64,000 nucleotides of DNA from the human T2T-CHM13v2.0 reference genome, Homo sapiens, in the NCBI RefSeq assembly GCF_009914755.1, contig NC_060929.1. The stretch is one strand, 5' to 3'. This document shows, one piece after another, positions 37,915 to 50,899 of the stretch (positions are counted from its first letter, which is position 1; each line of letters starts with the position of its first letter). Made by a program: the position numbers and the translations under genes. The notes beneath the pieces were generated by a model. The model was not told the DNA's origin, did no database searches, and saw nothing but the letters and a program-made list of their open reading frames with translations.

Positions 37915-38310
37915 CCTGGCTAGTAGAGTGAAGAATGTAGAATTTTCAGCCAAACAGTTCTGGGTTCGGTATTTGGCTCTACACTTACTAGTTGTATAAC
38001 CTGAAGGAACTTGTATTACCTCTCTGAGCCTGTTGAACAATGAGAACACATGGACACAGGAAGGGGAACATCATACACCGGGTACTGTTGTGGGGTGGGG
38101 GGAGGGGGGAGGGATAGCATTAGGAGATATACCTAATGCTAAATGACGAGTTAAGGGGTGCAGCACACCAACATGGCACATGTATACATATGTAACTAAC
38201 CTGCACGTTGTGCACATGTACCCTAAAACTTAAAGTATAATAATAATAAAAAAAAAAATGAGGAGGCTAATGTGTCTTATACAGGAATACTTATAAAATG
38301 TTAGAGTTAA
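37915..38310 (+). mobile_element. MIR interrupted by a young L1
   Basis: ctgggttcgg...ggctctacacttactagttgtataacct...acctctctgagcct | aaaatgaggagg. Confidence 0.75.
38033..38258 (+). mobile_element. 5'-truncated young L1 (L1PA2-4-like) 3'UTR plus poly(A)
   Basis: ggacacaggaaggggaacatc...G-rich tract...cctaatgctaaatgacgag...ccctaaaacttaaagtataataa. Confidence 0.96.
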
Positions 38311-38699
38311 AATCCAGTGGCCAGGGTTACCCAGATATGCAGAGGAGTCTTGCCCAGGTCATGGCAGGCCAGTCTGTCTCAGTAAGTGACACTGACCTGA
38401 GTTACTGACCTGGTTGGTCTTGCTGCTGGTTCAGAAACTTGTTTTCTTGGACTTACTTGTTACCTGTGGGTTGACTCCCATTATCAGCTTAAATCTATGT
38501 GCCTTGAGAACTGTAACTACACAGATATGTCAAAATGCCAGTGTATTAATGAACCATAGGAAAAACTGCTATCAAACATATCACATGCTTGCACCAGTCT
38601 AACCACATATTCTCTTAACAGAGAGCCACATATAAAAACAACATGTTATAAGTTTGCTCATTAAATTAATATAGAATAAGAAAAAAACTATTTGTGATT

Positions 38700-39182
38700 C
38701 AAGTTTGCTTTTAGAATCTGATAACTTGCAAACTTATCTCTGTAGTCGGGATCTATGTCAACTGGATAGCGATTCGAGTGGACCTATCATTGGCCACCAC
38801 CTCCCTCAGATGCTGTCTGGATAGGATCTGCTGATGTTCTCATGGTGGTGGTAGTTTGTTCATTTGTTTATGCTCTGCGGGTGAATAAACCCATTCTCTC
38901 CTCCGCCTGATTATAACTCTTCTCAGAATAGGATGTAATCGTGGTTCGACTTCTGCCGACTCAATTGTAATAACATCTCTTCTGTCCTGCATCCTGGAGA
39001 TTCTTCCCTATGTCACTTGTATCAGAGTGATAAATATTCCCGAATGTTGCATTCATGCATTTGTAAGAACATGCATGCCTTTGTGAAAAACATGTCATAC
39101 CCATTTTTTGTGGATTTTGCTAGGTTAGTTCTCAAAATATTAGTTTATATCTATAATTATTGATGATGAGCTTGCACCACTG
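38700..39182 (-). mobile_element. Possible ancient Tc1/mariner-type transposase N-terminal relic
   Basis: Frameshifted translation GRISRMQD..VGRSRTTITS/ILRR..DPIQTASE; CpG-retaining. Confidence 0.4.
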
Positions 39183-39619
39183 TCTTCATAGGCCATTTTT
39201 TAAAATGAAGCAAAAATGCTTAGGACAATATCTGATACAGAGTAGGTGCTCGGTGATAGTGGCTATTAGAAGAGTTGTTATTTTTCTGTTGTGGTTGATG
39301 AAATGAGATTTTAATACCCTACACTAAAACTACCACATATGGCTGATATTATATGTGGGTAAATTAGGCAGCAGCGTAATATAGTCTGGCATGAAAGGTC
39401 ACTGGAAACTCTATCTAAAACTCATGACTTCCCTGGTCTTCCAGCAATAGCAAACACTCCTTCCCTTTAAGATGCTCCTTCTAAACCAACACATAGTCTC
39501 CAAGCCTCCTTATAAATGGTAGAGAGTTAACCCGTGTTTGTGTTTGCTTAGTAATATCAGCCTTCCGAAGCAGCACAGCCAAATGTGCTGTGATAGAGGT
39601 AAGTGCAAGCAGTCCTAGT

Positions 39620-39800
39620 TAGACAGGCCTCACTCTATTACTTCCTGCAAGTTGCTTAACCTTTCTCTCAGTTTCCTAATTTATAAAGTGGAAAAAATGA
39701 TAGGAACTGCCTTAGAGTTTTGTGGAAATTAAGATAATGCAGAGTGCTTAGCATACAGAGTGCCTGGAACATAGTGAATAGCCCAAAATGTTAACTTCTA
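39620..39800 (+). mobile_element. MIR SINE
   Basis: gcaagttgcttaacctttctctcagtttcctaatttataaagtgg...cttagcatacagagtgcctggaacatagtg. Confidence 0.8.
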
Positions 39801-40789
39801 TTTTAATGATACAAATATGTGGTGGTGGTGGTGATATTCTGGTTATTATCCAGAGAAGGCAGGGAATACTATGAGCTAGATAATTGAAAAGAGCTGCTAA
39901 AAATGCCTTTTGCACAAATCTGATTAGTGTATCCTCTGCCCCATGATCTAAGGATAAATGCCTTAGGCATTTGATGGTTTTCATAGAAAAGACAGTTGAG
40001 AGTTCGCTTATTAATATTAAGATGAAATGGTGATTGTTTCAAATCAGACGAGCTTAAGCAATACTGGACAACAGCTCAGAGGCTACTTGCCAACATTGTT
40101 ATACTCCAAGATCTGGCCCTCTTCTCTGAAACTGAGAGTTGAAGACAGGGACGCACTAACCAAATGGCAGACATGAAAGAGGCAATCCTCAGAATGCCAG
40201 CATATTAATATACCATAGGGTATACAACCATGAGCCAAAATGCTACATCATCATGATCATCATTGTCTCGTGATCACACTAGGTGGGAAGTTAACTTGCA
40301 GAGGGAAGCCACCACGTGAACTCTCTAGGACAAATCACTGCTGTAGGAACCAGAAATGAGAAGTCCATTAGAGCAGCGCATTCTCACTGAAGTCTGTGAT
40401 TCGACATGGATAGACAGTGTATCAAAACCCCCTTGGGGCTTTTTCAAAATATTTTTACTAACCTCAGGCTATTCAGATTCATACAACATTTACAGAGGAT
40501 GAAATCCCATGATCTCATTAGACTGTCATGAACTAACAAAATGCCAAAAGTGATTGAGCCTTGAACAAAAATAAAGAGAATTAGACAAAACCAGAGTTAA
40601 ATGTCATAAGAAAAATGAACCTTTTTGAGGCTGTCTTACAGAAGAGACAGTCTTGCCGATGGGTCTGAAACATTCAAAGACAATGGACTGCAAAAATCTA
40701 AGAGGTGTGCACGGGATGTTTACTGTCTATTGTACCTGGCTCACTGAGAGCCAATCAAACGATTTTTACTTTAAAAAGATCACCAAGTA

Positions 40790-41113
40790 GTCCAGGCGTG
40801 GTGGCTCACGCCTGTAATCCCAGCACTTTGGGAGGCCGAGGCAGGTGGATCACAAGGTCAGGAGATCGAGACTATCCTGGCTAACACGGTGAAACCCAGT
40901 CTCTACTAAATATACCAAAAAATAAAAATAAAAATAAAAAATAAAAAATAAAAAGCCTGGCATGGTGGCGGGCGCCTGTAGTCCCAGCTACTCGGGAGGC
41001 TGAGGCAGGAGAATGGCGTGAACCTGACAGGCGGAGCTTGCAGTGAGCCAAGATCGCGCCACTGTGCTCCAGTCTGGGTGACAGAGTGAGACTCCGTCTC
41101 AAAAAATAAAAAT
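40790..41113 (+). mobile_element. AluY-like SINE with expanded (AAAAAT)n middle linker
   Basis: ggctaacacggtg, gaatggcgtgaacc, ggagcttgcagt; TSD aaa(g)atcaccaa(g/a)ta. Confidence 0.95.
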
Positions 41114-42349
41114 AAAAAATCACCAAATAAACATCTGCAAAAATTAATTGGAGGTGGAGGATGGGAAGAGGAGCCCTGATAGGACTATGACCCATATTCA
41201 TTGGGTACAATTTTATTTCCCAATTTTTTTTTTCTTGATAATATAAGCAGTGCTTTGGAAAACAGTGAACAGAAACGATGTTAACTACTGGCAGCTGCAC
41301 ATCTCATGCATGCTTCTGATTGTACATTGTTACTCACCACCGCTGTTTACTCTGTTTACTACTAATCACTACTTTCCGATTGAAAAAAATGCCACAAACA
41401 ACCCCTTTTTGGAGAGTAAAGTGCATGTAGCTCTTTCCTATCTTTTCAAGGGGTGGACTTCAAAAGTGGTAGGCTCATTTGTGAAGCAAGGGTACAAATT
41501 CTGCCTTGGAGTAGACATACAAATCTGTTTGAGAGGAGTGATATTGTAGCCAAAGGGCTAGGCACAGCATATGCCCTTGGGGGCTCATCTGGAAAATAGG
41601 TCAACAGGTTCCATATCTGAAAATGTTCCCTACGTATTTCATTAGAAAGTAAATTTTTTTGGTCAAACTTTTTTGTGTGTAAATTACATAATAGGACACA
41701 GCTGGTTGTATACCCCCATATATGCTGATACAGTGTTGTGTATAAATTGCTGCATAGAAACATGCCAAATGGGCAAAAAAATACAACATGAGCAAAATTA
41801 TCAGATTAGATTGGCAGATGCTGATATTAAACATGTCTGTTTACATTGTGTATAAAAGGTTTTCATGGGCTTTGATTTTAGATTCAGTAGAGCATCTCTG
41901 TTTCTTTTATGAGATCTAAATTACGCTAGTTATTACCAGTTTTGGAAAATGTAAGTTAAATTACGGAAATAATCATATGCTTTTGCTATTTATTTTTCTC
42001 ATTATAAATCGTAACACAAATGTAGTAATAATATATTCGAGGAGCCTATCACCAGTCACTCCTAACTAGAGGTAGTATTACTGTTAGCCCAATAATCTTT
42101 TTGAAATCTTTAAAAGAAATAAAAATAAAATAATCACAATAATAAATTGTATCCCGGCAGCACAATTTACAAGATTTTTATGGATACAAAATGAAATAAG
42201 GCACATCTTGAACCAAATCACATTATTGGGCTACTGATGGACAATATTTTAGAATATTCAATTGTGTAGTCCCAAAACCAAATTTTTAATAACACTTTTA
42301 GTAATATAGCCTAATATAGTCCAACAAAGCATACTGAGACTATAGGCTT

Positions 42350-42430
42350 ACATATAAAATAGATATACACATACACATATATATATAAAGCATACATTTA
42401 CATATATACATGAATATATATGCACATATG
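42350..42430. repeat. (TA/CA) low-complexity tract
   Basis: Direct inspection. Confidence 0.7.
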
Positions 42431-42986
42431 ATCACCTTGCCCCAATTTAAAATTGTGTACAATGCAAAATCTAATTACCTATAGCATGTCAACATCAGGC
42501 AGTGAACACATATTTGTTTCCTATTAGGAAAGACTTCTCCCCAGTGCAGAGTGAACATGAAAGCCTTTGATGTCCATTCCAGAATCAGTTACTCTGTAAC
42601 ACCTATTCAGATAGCACCTCTAGAATTTTTCTGACTTAGCAGATTTTCAAGTGTCTAGATTGAATTTCACTTTTCAGTGTCCAAGTGCTTGAGGAGAATC
42701 TAAATTCCTATATGGTATATAAACACGTGGAGCCAAGAAAAATATGAAATATTACACAAGTCTTGTAAAATCATTATTTGGGCTTCTTATTTAATCTCTA
42801 CAGACTAAAAGGAATACATATGGTAATGTCTGGGCATTGCTGATTCATTTCTCCTTGAAGATACATGTATTTATATTTCTGTCTGTTTGTAACTCCTGTT
42901 AGCCTGAAAAATTTCATTAGCCTTTTTTATATTTCATGTCTGCTGGCAATGAAATCTGGTTTTTTTTCTTAGTTTATTTCTCTATT

Positions 42987-43289
42987 ATTTTCCTTTGTTT
43001 TTCTTTTTGAGATGGAGTCTTGCTCTGTCGCCCAGTCTACAGTGCAGTGGTGTGATTTTGGCTCACTGCACCTCCACCTCCCGGGTTCAAGCAATTGTCC
43101 CTGCCTCAGACTCCTGAGTAGTTGGGACTACAGATGCCCACCACCAGTCCTGGCTGGTTTTTGTATTTTTAGTAGAGATGGGGTTTTACCATGTTGACCA
43201 GGCTGGTCTCAAACTCCTGACCTCAAGTGATCCACTCGCCTCGGCCTCCCAAAGTGCTGGTATTACACATGTGAGCCATTGTGCCTGCC
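42987..43289 (-). mobile_element. AluSx/Sz-like SINE
   Basis: Full antisense dimer. Confidence 0.93.
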
Positions 43290-43427
43290 CTTTATTATTC
43301 TTGAAATATATTTTCACTAAGTAGAGACATCTGGGTTGACATATTTTTTTTTATCTATCAGCACGTGAATGTTGTTTCAGTTGTGATACCTATCATTTCT
43401 AATGAGAAGTTAGAAAAAATTGAAAAA

Positions 43428-43849
43428 CAGTTGACACTTGAACAACATGGATTTGAACTGTGCACGTCCACTTATACGTGGATTTTCTTCTGCCTCTCCC
43501 ATCCCTGAAACGGCAGGACCAACCCTTCCTCTTCTGTCTCCTCAGCCTACTCAACATGAAGATGACAAGAATGCATAACTTGATTATAACCCACTACCAC
43601 TTAATAGTAAATACATTTCATCTTCCTTGTGATTATCTCAATAACATTCTTTCTCTAGCTTACTTTATTGTGAGAATACATTTTACAATACAAATAATAC
43701 ACAAGATATTTGTTAATTGACCATGTTATCAGTCAACAATAGGCTATTAGTTAATATATTTGAGAAATCAAAAGTTATACGCATTTGACTGTGGGGACTG
43801 GGAGGATGGTCAGCGCTCCTGGCTTCATGGGTTATGCAAGGGCCAAGTG
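43428..43849 (+). mobile_element. Tigger2a-like TcMar-Tigger DNA transposon (non-autonomous)
   Basis: TIRs cagttgacacttgaacaac ... gttatgcaagggccaagtg followed by TA; internal cctcagcctactcaacatgaagatgac and ttctctagcttactttattgt. Confidence 0.9.
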
Positions 43850-44139
43850 TAATTGTTCTTGTATAAGATGTGTGTTTTCATTTGGCTGCTTCTAAGATTT
43901 ATCTTTGCTTTTTGGCAGTTTGGTTATAATATGTTTAGGAATTTCTCATATTTCTGATTTGCTTTTTTTCCTGCTTGGAATTCAGTAGCCTTTATTATCT
44001 GATATTATCTGTAAATTTATAACTTTCACCAAAATATTTTTCTACTTTGTTCTATTCTTCTGAGATTCTAATTACACAAAATTTAGACTGTTTAATGGCC
44101 CACAAGTCTCTGAGGGACATTCACTTTATTATCCAATAG

Positions 44140-44496
<357 letters not shown>

Positions 44497-47465
44497 TAAA
44501 TTGAATACTTTTTATCTACACATTTATTCACTTTTTCTCTATTGTTAATGCAATGCTATTAAGCATACCCCATAATTTTTAGATTTGTTTTTTAGAATTT
44601 TTATTTATTTTTGGCAGTGTTTTATTTCTCTGAAAACTTTAAATATTTTATTATAAACATATTACCCTTTTACATTTTGAATGTAGTTATGATTCTATTA
44701 GCTGGGTTGTATCAATGTTGGTCTCAGTGACTGTCTTTTGCTTGAGAATTGGGAACATTTTCCTGGTACTTTACATGTCACATACTTTTAGAATATACCT
44801 TAGATATGCTGATTGCATTTTGTGAAGATTCTTCATTCAGATATATTTCTCTGGAAAATGTCAAATTTTGTTGTTTGGTTTTAGCAGGCAATTAACTTAC
44901 TTAGACATAAACTGCAAATTGTCTTAAGGAGAGCAAGTCAAATTGTAGTTCAGCTGATTTGTTCTTAGGTAGGCTGATTTGAGAATCCTCTGAGCCAGTC
45001 CCATGCATGCATTATCCAGTGGTCAGCTGTACATTTTTGAAGAGTTTATACACAAAATGTGATTCTCTTCTCTCTGGATCTCCATCCTAGGATTTCCTTT
45101 TATTTACTATGGTTGCCACAGAACACTTTTATTGATCTTTGCATCCAGAAAGTCTGTATGTTTTCTTTTGGCATTTCTGTCGCCCTTGCATGAGATTGGA
45201 TGTGACCTGCCCTTAGACTTAAATCTGTAAAAATGGTTACTCACCTATGATGATCCATTTTTCAAACTGCCAACTCTTCTCTAGAATTATCCTTTTCATT
45301 TTGCAAGGCTTTTGGTTCATTGATGTTTCTGTATTATTCCCAATTTTATCACTGATACCTGTGGGAGAGTGAGATCTAGAAGGAGATTGTTGGGCCATTC
45401 CAGAATCAGAAATTCTATGAAATATGACTGGTTATATTTTTTCTTTTATTTTCAAATGACATAAAATATTTGTACATATTTATGGGATACAGAGTGTATT
45501 TATTTCTGAGTTCTCTATTCTGTTACATTGTCTGTTTTCGTGTGTCCATTTTTATACCAGTACCCTGTTGTTTTATTTATTATAGCTTTGTAGTGTATTT
45601 TGAAATTAAGTGGTATGATGCCTCCAACTATTCTGTTGTTGTAATGTTCAATATTACTTTGGCTATTCAGGGTCATTTTTGGTTCTATTTGAATTTTAGG
45701 ATTGTTTTTCTATTTCTGTGAAGAATGTCATTGGTATGTTAATAGAAATTTCATTGAATCTGTACATTGCTTTGGGTAGAATGTTTTAACACTATTCTAA
45801 CAATTCATGAGCATGAATATTGTTCCAGATTTTTGGTGTCCTCAATTTCTTTCATCAGTGGTTTATAGTTTGCCTTTTAGAGATCCTTCACCTTCTTAAT
45901 TAAATTTATTTCTAGATATGTATTTTTGTAGCTATTGTAAATGGGATTCCTTTTTTGATTTATTTTCCAGCTGATTTATTAGTGTAGAGAAATGCAGAGT
46001 TTTTTAATTGTTGATTTTGTATCCTGCAACTTTACCAAATGTGTTTATCACTTCTAAGAGTTTTTTGGTAGTTTCATTTAGTGTTTCTACATATAAGATT
46101 ATGTCATTGTTAAAGAGGGAAATTTGACTTTCTGGTCTTCAATTTGGATGCCCTTTGTTTCTTTCTCTTGCCTAATTGCTCTGGCTAGAACTTGCAACAC
46201 TATGTCGAATTAAAGTGGTGAAAGTGGGCACTCTTCTGTTGTTCCAGTTGTTAGAGGAAAAGCTTTTACCTGTTTCTCATTCAATATGATGTTAGCTTGG
46301 GTATTTTATATATGACCTTTAGGGTGTTGAGGTATGTTCATGTATGCCTAATTTGTTGAGAGGATTTAATATGAAGTGATGTTAAATTTTATTAATTTTT
46401 TCTACATTTGTTGAGATTATTATATGGTTATTCATTCTGTTGATGTGACATATAACATTTATTCATTTACTTATTGTGAGGCATCCTTGTATTTCTGTGC
46501 TAAATCCCATTTGATCATGGTGTATTTTTTTTTGATATGGTATTGGATTCAGTTTGATAGTATTCTGTTGAGAATAATTTGTCCAGATATGTTCGTTAGA
46601 AATATTGGTCTTTAGTTTTTTTTGTTGTTGTTGTGTCTATCTGGTTTTGGTATCAGTAATACTGGTCTCATAAAATGAATCAGGGAGATATCCCTTCTTG
46701 TATATTTTTTGGAATAGTTTGAGAAAAATTAGTATTTAAAAGTTTGATAGAATTTAACAGTAAAGCCGTTTCGTCCTGGGGTTTTCTTTTTTGGGAGATT
46801 TTTTTTATTGCAGTTTCAATCTTATTATTCATTATTGGTTTATTTAGGTTTTCTATTTCTTCCTGATTCAGTCTTGGTAGGGGTTATGTGTCCAGGAAAT
46901 TACCCATTTCCTCTGGATTCTCTAATTTATTAGCATATAATTGCTCATAATAGTGTCTAACAATTGTTTGTATTTCTGTGGTATCAGTTGTAATGTCTCC
47001 TTTTTCTTTTGTTATATTATTTGGGTTGTCTCTCTTTTGTCATAGTCTAGCTAACAGTTTAATTTTGTGTACCTTTTTAAGAAACCAACTTTTTCTATTC
47101 ATTTCAATTTTTTTATCTCTGTTTTCTTTAGTTATACTTATTCTCTATTATTTTTTCTACTAATTTGGATTTGATTTATTCGTGATTTTCTAACGTCTTA
47201 AGGTTCATCATTAGATTGCTTATTTGAATTATTTCTATTTATTTCATGTGTTTATTTCTATAAACCTCCTGCTTAGCACTGCTTTTGCTGTATCCCATGG
47301 GTTTTGGTATGTTGTGTCTCTGTTTCATTTGTTTCAATAATTTTTTTAATTTACTTTTTAAATTTCTTCATTGATCCAATGGCCATGCGGAAGGATGTGA
47401 TTTTAATTTCTATGTATTTGTATAATTTCCAGAATTTCTTTTGTTATTGATTTCAAGTTTTTATT

Positions 47466-47642
47466 TGTTTGTTTTATGGCAGCACTTTTATTTTTCCTTA
47501 CACAATGACATGTTGCTAGGGCCGAATATTCTCACTAACAATAGAAAACCATTGTGTACAAAAAAAAAAACCTTACATAAATTAAAAGGATGAATACATT
47601 TACAGGTGTAAATGCAAACCACTGCCAACTCAAGGCAAGGAA
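47466..47642 (-). pseudogene. ACTG1: Processed retrocopy of the extreme 3'UTR of gamma-actin mRNA
   Basis: - strand reads gtttgcatttacacctgtaaatgtattc...gtcattgtgtaaggaaaaataaaagtgctgcc plus an A-rich tail, matching my recollection of the ACTG1 mRNA 3' end; TSD gatttc(a/t)agtttt(t)att. Confidence 0.85.
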
Positions 47643-48291
47643 GATTTCTAGTTTTATTCCTTTTTGGTCTGAGAAGATACTTGATATGATTTTGACTTGT
47701 TAATGTTGAGATGTGTTTTTTGGCCTAACATATGGTTTTTCCTGGAAAATGTTTCATGTGCTTATGAGAAGAATCTGTATTCTGCAGCTATTGATTAAAA
47801 CGTTTTCTAAATATATCTTAGGTCCATTAGGTATATAGTGCAGTTGATATCTGATGTTTCTTTGTTGATTTCTGTATAGATGACCTGTCCAATGCTGAAA
47901 ATGGGTTGTTGAAGTCCCCAACTATTATTGTGTTGGGGCCTTTCTTTAGCTCTAACAATATTTGATTTGTATATGCGGTTTCTCAAATGTTGGTTGCATA
48001 TATATTTACAATTGTTATATCCTCTTGCTAAATGGATCTCTTTATTATGTAGTGACTTTCTTTGTATCTTTTTATTTTTAGTTTTTTCACTTACAGTCAA
48101 TTTTGTCTGATATAAGTATAACTATTCCTTCCTGCTTTTGGTTTCTGTTTGCCTGAAATATCATTTTCCATCCTTTCATTTTTAGTCCATGTGTGCCTTT
48201 ACAGGTAAAGTGCGAGTGAGCGTCTTGTAGGCAGTATGTAGTTTTTTCTCTTTGTTGTTGTTGTTGTTTTAATTCGTTAAGCCAGGCTATA

Positions 48292-48535
48292 ATTGTTGTT
48301 GTTGTTATGGGCAGAGTCTTACTCTGCCACCCAGGTTGGAGTGCAGTAGTGCAATCATAATTCATTGCAACTTCCAAGTCCTGGGCTTAAGCATTCCTCC
48401 TACCTCAAAACTCTGAGCAGCTAGGACTACAGGTGTGTGCAACCATGCATGGCTAACTTTGTGTGTGTGTGTGTGTGGAGGCAAAGTCTTGGTATGTTGC
48501 ACAGGCTGGTGGTCTTGAACTGCTAGGCTCAAGTG
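48292..48535 (-). mobile_element. AluJo-like SINE, 5'-truncated, with (TG)n in the linker
   Basis: caatcataattcattgcaac, cctgggcttaagcattcctcctacctc; inserted in L1. Confidence 0.88.
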
Positions 48536-50899
48536 CCTAGTCTATACTTTTTCATTAGTGAATTAAAACAATTTACATTCAAAGTTGTTATTGATAGGTA
48601 AAAACAGACTCCTGTCATTTTGCTAACTGGTTTCTGTTTGTTTTGTTCATCTTCTTTGTTTCATTCTCTTGTTGTTTATCTTTGTGGTTTGGTGGTTTTC
48701 TGCAATGAAGTTGCTTAATTCCTTTCTTTTTCTCATTTACGTACCTGCTACCAATGAGTATCATACTGTTGTGTGTTTTTATGATGATAAGTATATTTTT
48801 TGCCTGCAGATGTAGGATTCTCTTAAGCATTTCTTGTAGAATTGATCTAGTGTTTATCTATCCCTCAGTTTTGGCTTGTTTGGGACCTTATTTTTCCTAT
48901 ATTCCTGAAGGATAGCTCTGCTAGGTTACAGTGTTCTTCACTAGCAATTTTTCTTTACTTTCAGTTATTTAAATATATCAACCCATTCTCTTTTAGCCTG
49001 CAATGTATCTGGTGAGAAATCTGCTCATAGTGTGATGGAATTCCCTTATATATGACTATATGCTTTTCTCTTGCTGTTTTTTGAATTTTCTCTTTGTCTT
49101 CAATTTGTGACAGTTTGACTATAAAGTTCCACAGGAAGGACGTTTGTATTGAATTTGGGGATCTTTCAGTTTCTTGTATCTGGGTGTTTATATCTCTTAC
49201 AAGACGTGGAAAGTTTTTGGCTATTATTTTATTAAATGGACTTTCTATGCCTTTTCGCATCTCTTCTTCTAGAACTCCCAAAGTGCTTGATAGTGTCTCA
49301 TATGTCATATAGGCTTTCTTTATTTTTAAAATTTTCTTTATTCTTTTTGTCTGACTGGGTTAATTCCAAAGATATCTCTTCAGTTTAGACATTCCTCCGC
49401 TTGATTTAATCTGTGTTTTTATTTCATTCTCAATTGAATTTTTATTTTATTAATTGAGTTCTTCATTTCCAAGATTTCTGTTTAGTTCCTTTTTTTATCT
49501 AACTGTTGAATTTCTCATTCACATTACAAATTGGTTTTCTAATTTCTTTGTATTGTTTACCTGTGTTCTCTTGTATTGCTCTGAGTTTTAATAAGATCAT
49601 TATTTTCAATTCCTTTTCAGGCTTTGTATGCATTTCTTTTTCTTTGGGGTTTGTTACTAGAAAATTATCACTTTCCTTTGGAAATTTCATGTTTCCTTGA
49701 TCTTTAATATTTCTTCCATCATTATTTTGATATCTCTGCATCTGGTGTAATAGACTTTTTTTCTGTAGATGTGTCTATAAAGTCAGTTGGGTAGGGTACC
49801 TTGGGTAGGGTACTTTGTGACTAGAAATTACACCATAGTATAATGTACAGATGATTTCTTTGGCTGGAATGAATGTCAGTGCTATGAGTTCCCCAGTAGC
49901 TTAGGCTGTGATTGTGGAGGCTGTGGCTTAGTCTTTGCTGGTGACTGAGCCACTGGGTAAGCCATTACTCAGGTCTCTAGGTATATATATAAGCAACAGC
50001 TGTAGCAGCAGCAGGCTCCAGGGGAGTCATTTCTTGGGTCCCTGGATGGTGTGCATGGGTGGTGGCAGTGGTAAAGGCTGACCAGTAAGGCTGGTTCTTA
50101 GACCCCCAGTCAGTGTTCATAGACAACAGCAGTCGTGGTGGGCTTTCTGAGCTGGGTGGACTGGTCTTTGGGCCACCAGGCTGGGTACTTGGGTGTCAGT
50201 GGTGGCAGGCTAGGCAGGCTGGTCCTTAGGTTTGTAGATTCCCAGATGGTGCATGTTCATGTCAACTGGTTAGCAGACCAGTTCTTGGGCCCTTGGGTGG
50301 CACACATGGGGGCATGGTAGCCCCATTGCTGAAGGAATCAGGGTCACTATCCATGATGGTCCTAGGCAGGTGACTCTCAGGCTCTGGGTAGCATAATATT
50401 CTGCTCCCTATGTCCTGTGGGCAGCCTCCGTGATGTGTTGGACTGCTTGTACTTTGGGGAGTAGAGTGTTGCTTGGACTCAGGTACTGGATACATGATCA
50501 AATGCTGGGTATAGCTGGTGTTGCAATGCTACAGCCCCGAGTGGAAGTGTGGCGATGTTGATAAAGTTCCTGGGATGTGGGGGATACAGGTATTACTTGT
50601 CTTAGGGCAGCATGAAGTCTGGTGTTGGCTCCTACTATTGGGTTTTAATGTTTAAACTATAAGCACAGTGTGAGTGTATGTATTTGTATTTTTCAGGTAT
50701 TCTGTCTTGTTAAAAACAAATGAATTTCCTTTTGACCTAAATAATCCTTTGTTCAATAAATACAAATTAATAAGTTTCTGGCTACATTGCTACCTGGAGC
50801 TTTATCCTTAATGAAATTCATTAGTAAATATTTTCTATTCACTCAGTAATAACTTCAAGTTGGTGATATGAAAAATCATTTTTATAACATATTTCAAAA

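Larger units (their letters stand above)
45437..50635 (-). mobile_element. L1MA/L1PB-class LINE-1: 5'UTR, ORF1, partial ORF2 and 3' tip, with an internal deletion
   Basis: 3' tip tttgtacatatttatgggatacagagtg; ORF2 (HGLKMKGWKMIFQAN, GIVILISDKID); ORF1 (IQETERSP, KEKIQKTAREK, PEKELKIMILLKL); degenerate GC-rich repeats at ~49950-50320. Confidence 0.88.

Noticed and set aside
38587-39179. 10-bp direct repeat gcttgcacca flanking the Tc1-like segment as a TSD
   Set aside because: Tc1 elements duplicate TA only, there is no poly(A) tail to suggest retroposition, and the match may be chance.
40881-41300. 139-aa ORF (and similar ORFs at 13958, 17566, 27306, 44179, 59900, 60811)
   Set aside because: Alu-derived reading frames.
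49950-50320. Degenerate GC-rich tandem units as a novel satellite
   Set aside because: They lie in the 5'UTR of the old L1, where repeated units are an expected feature.
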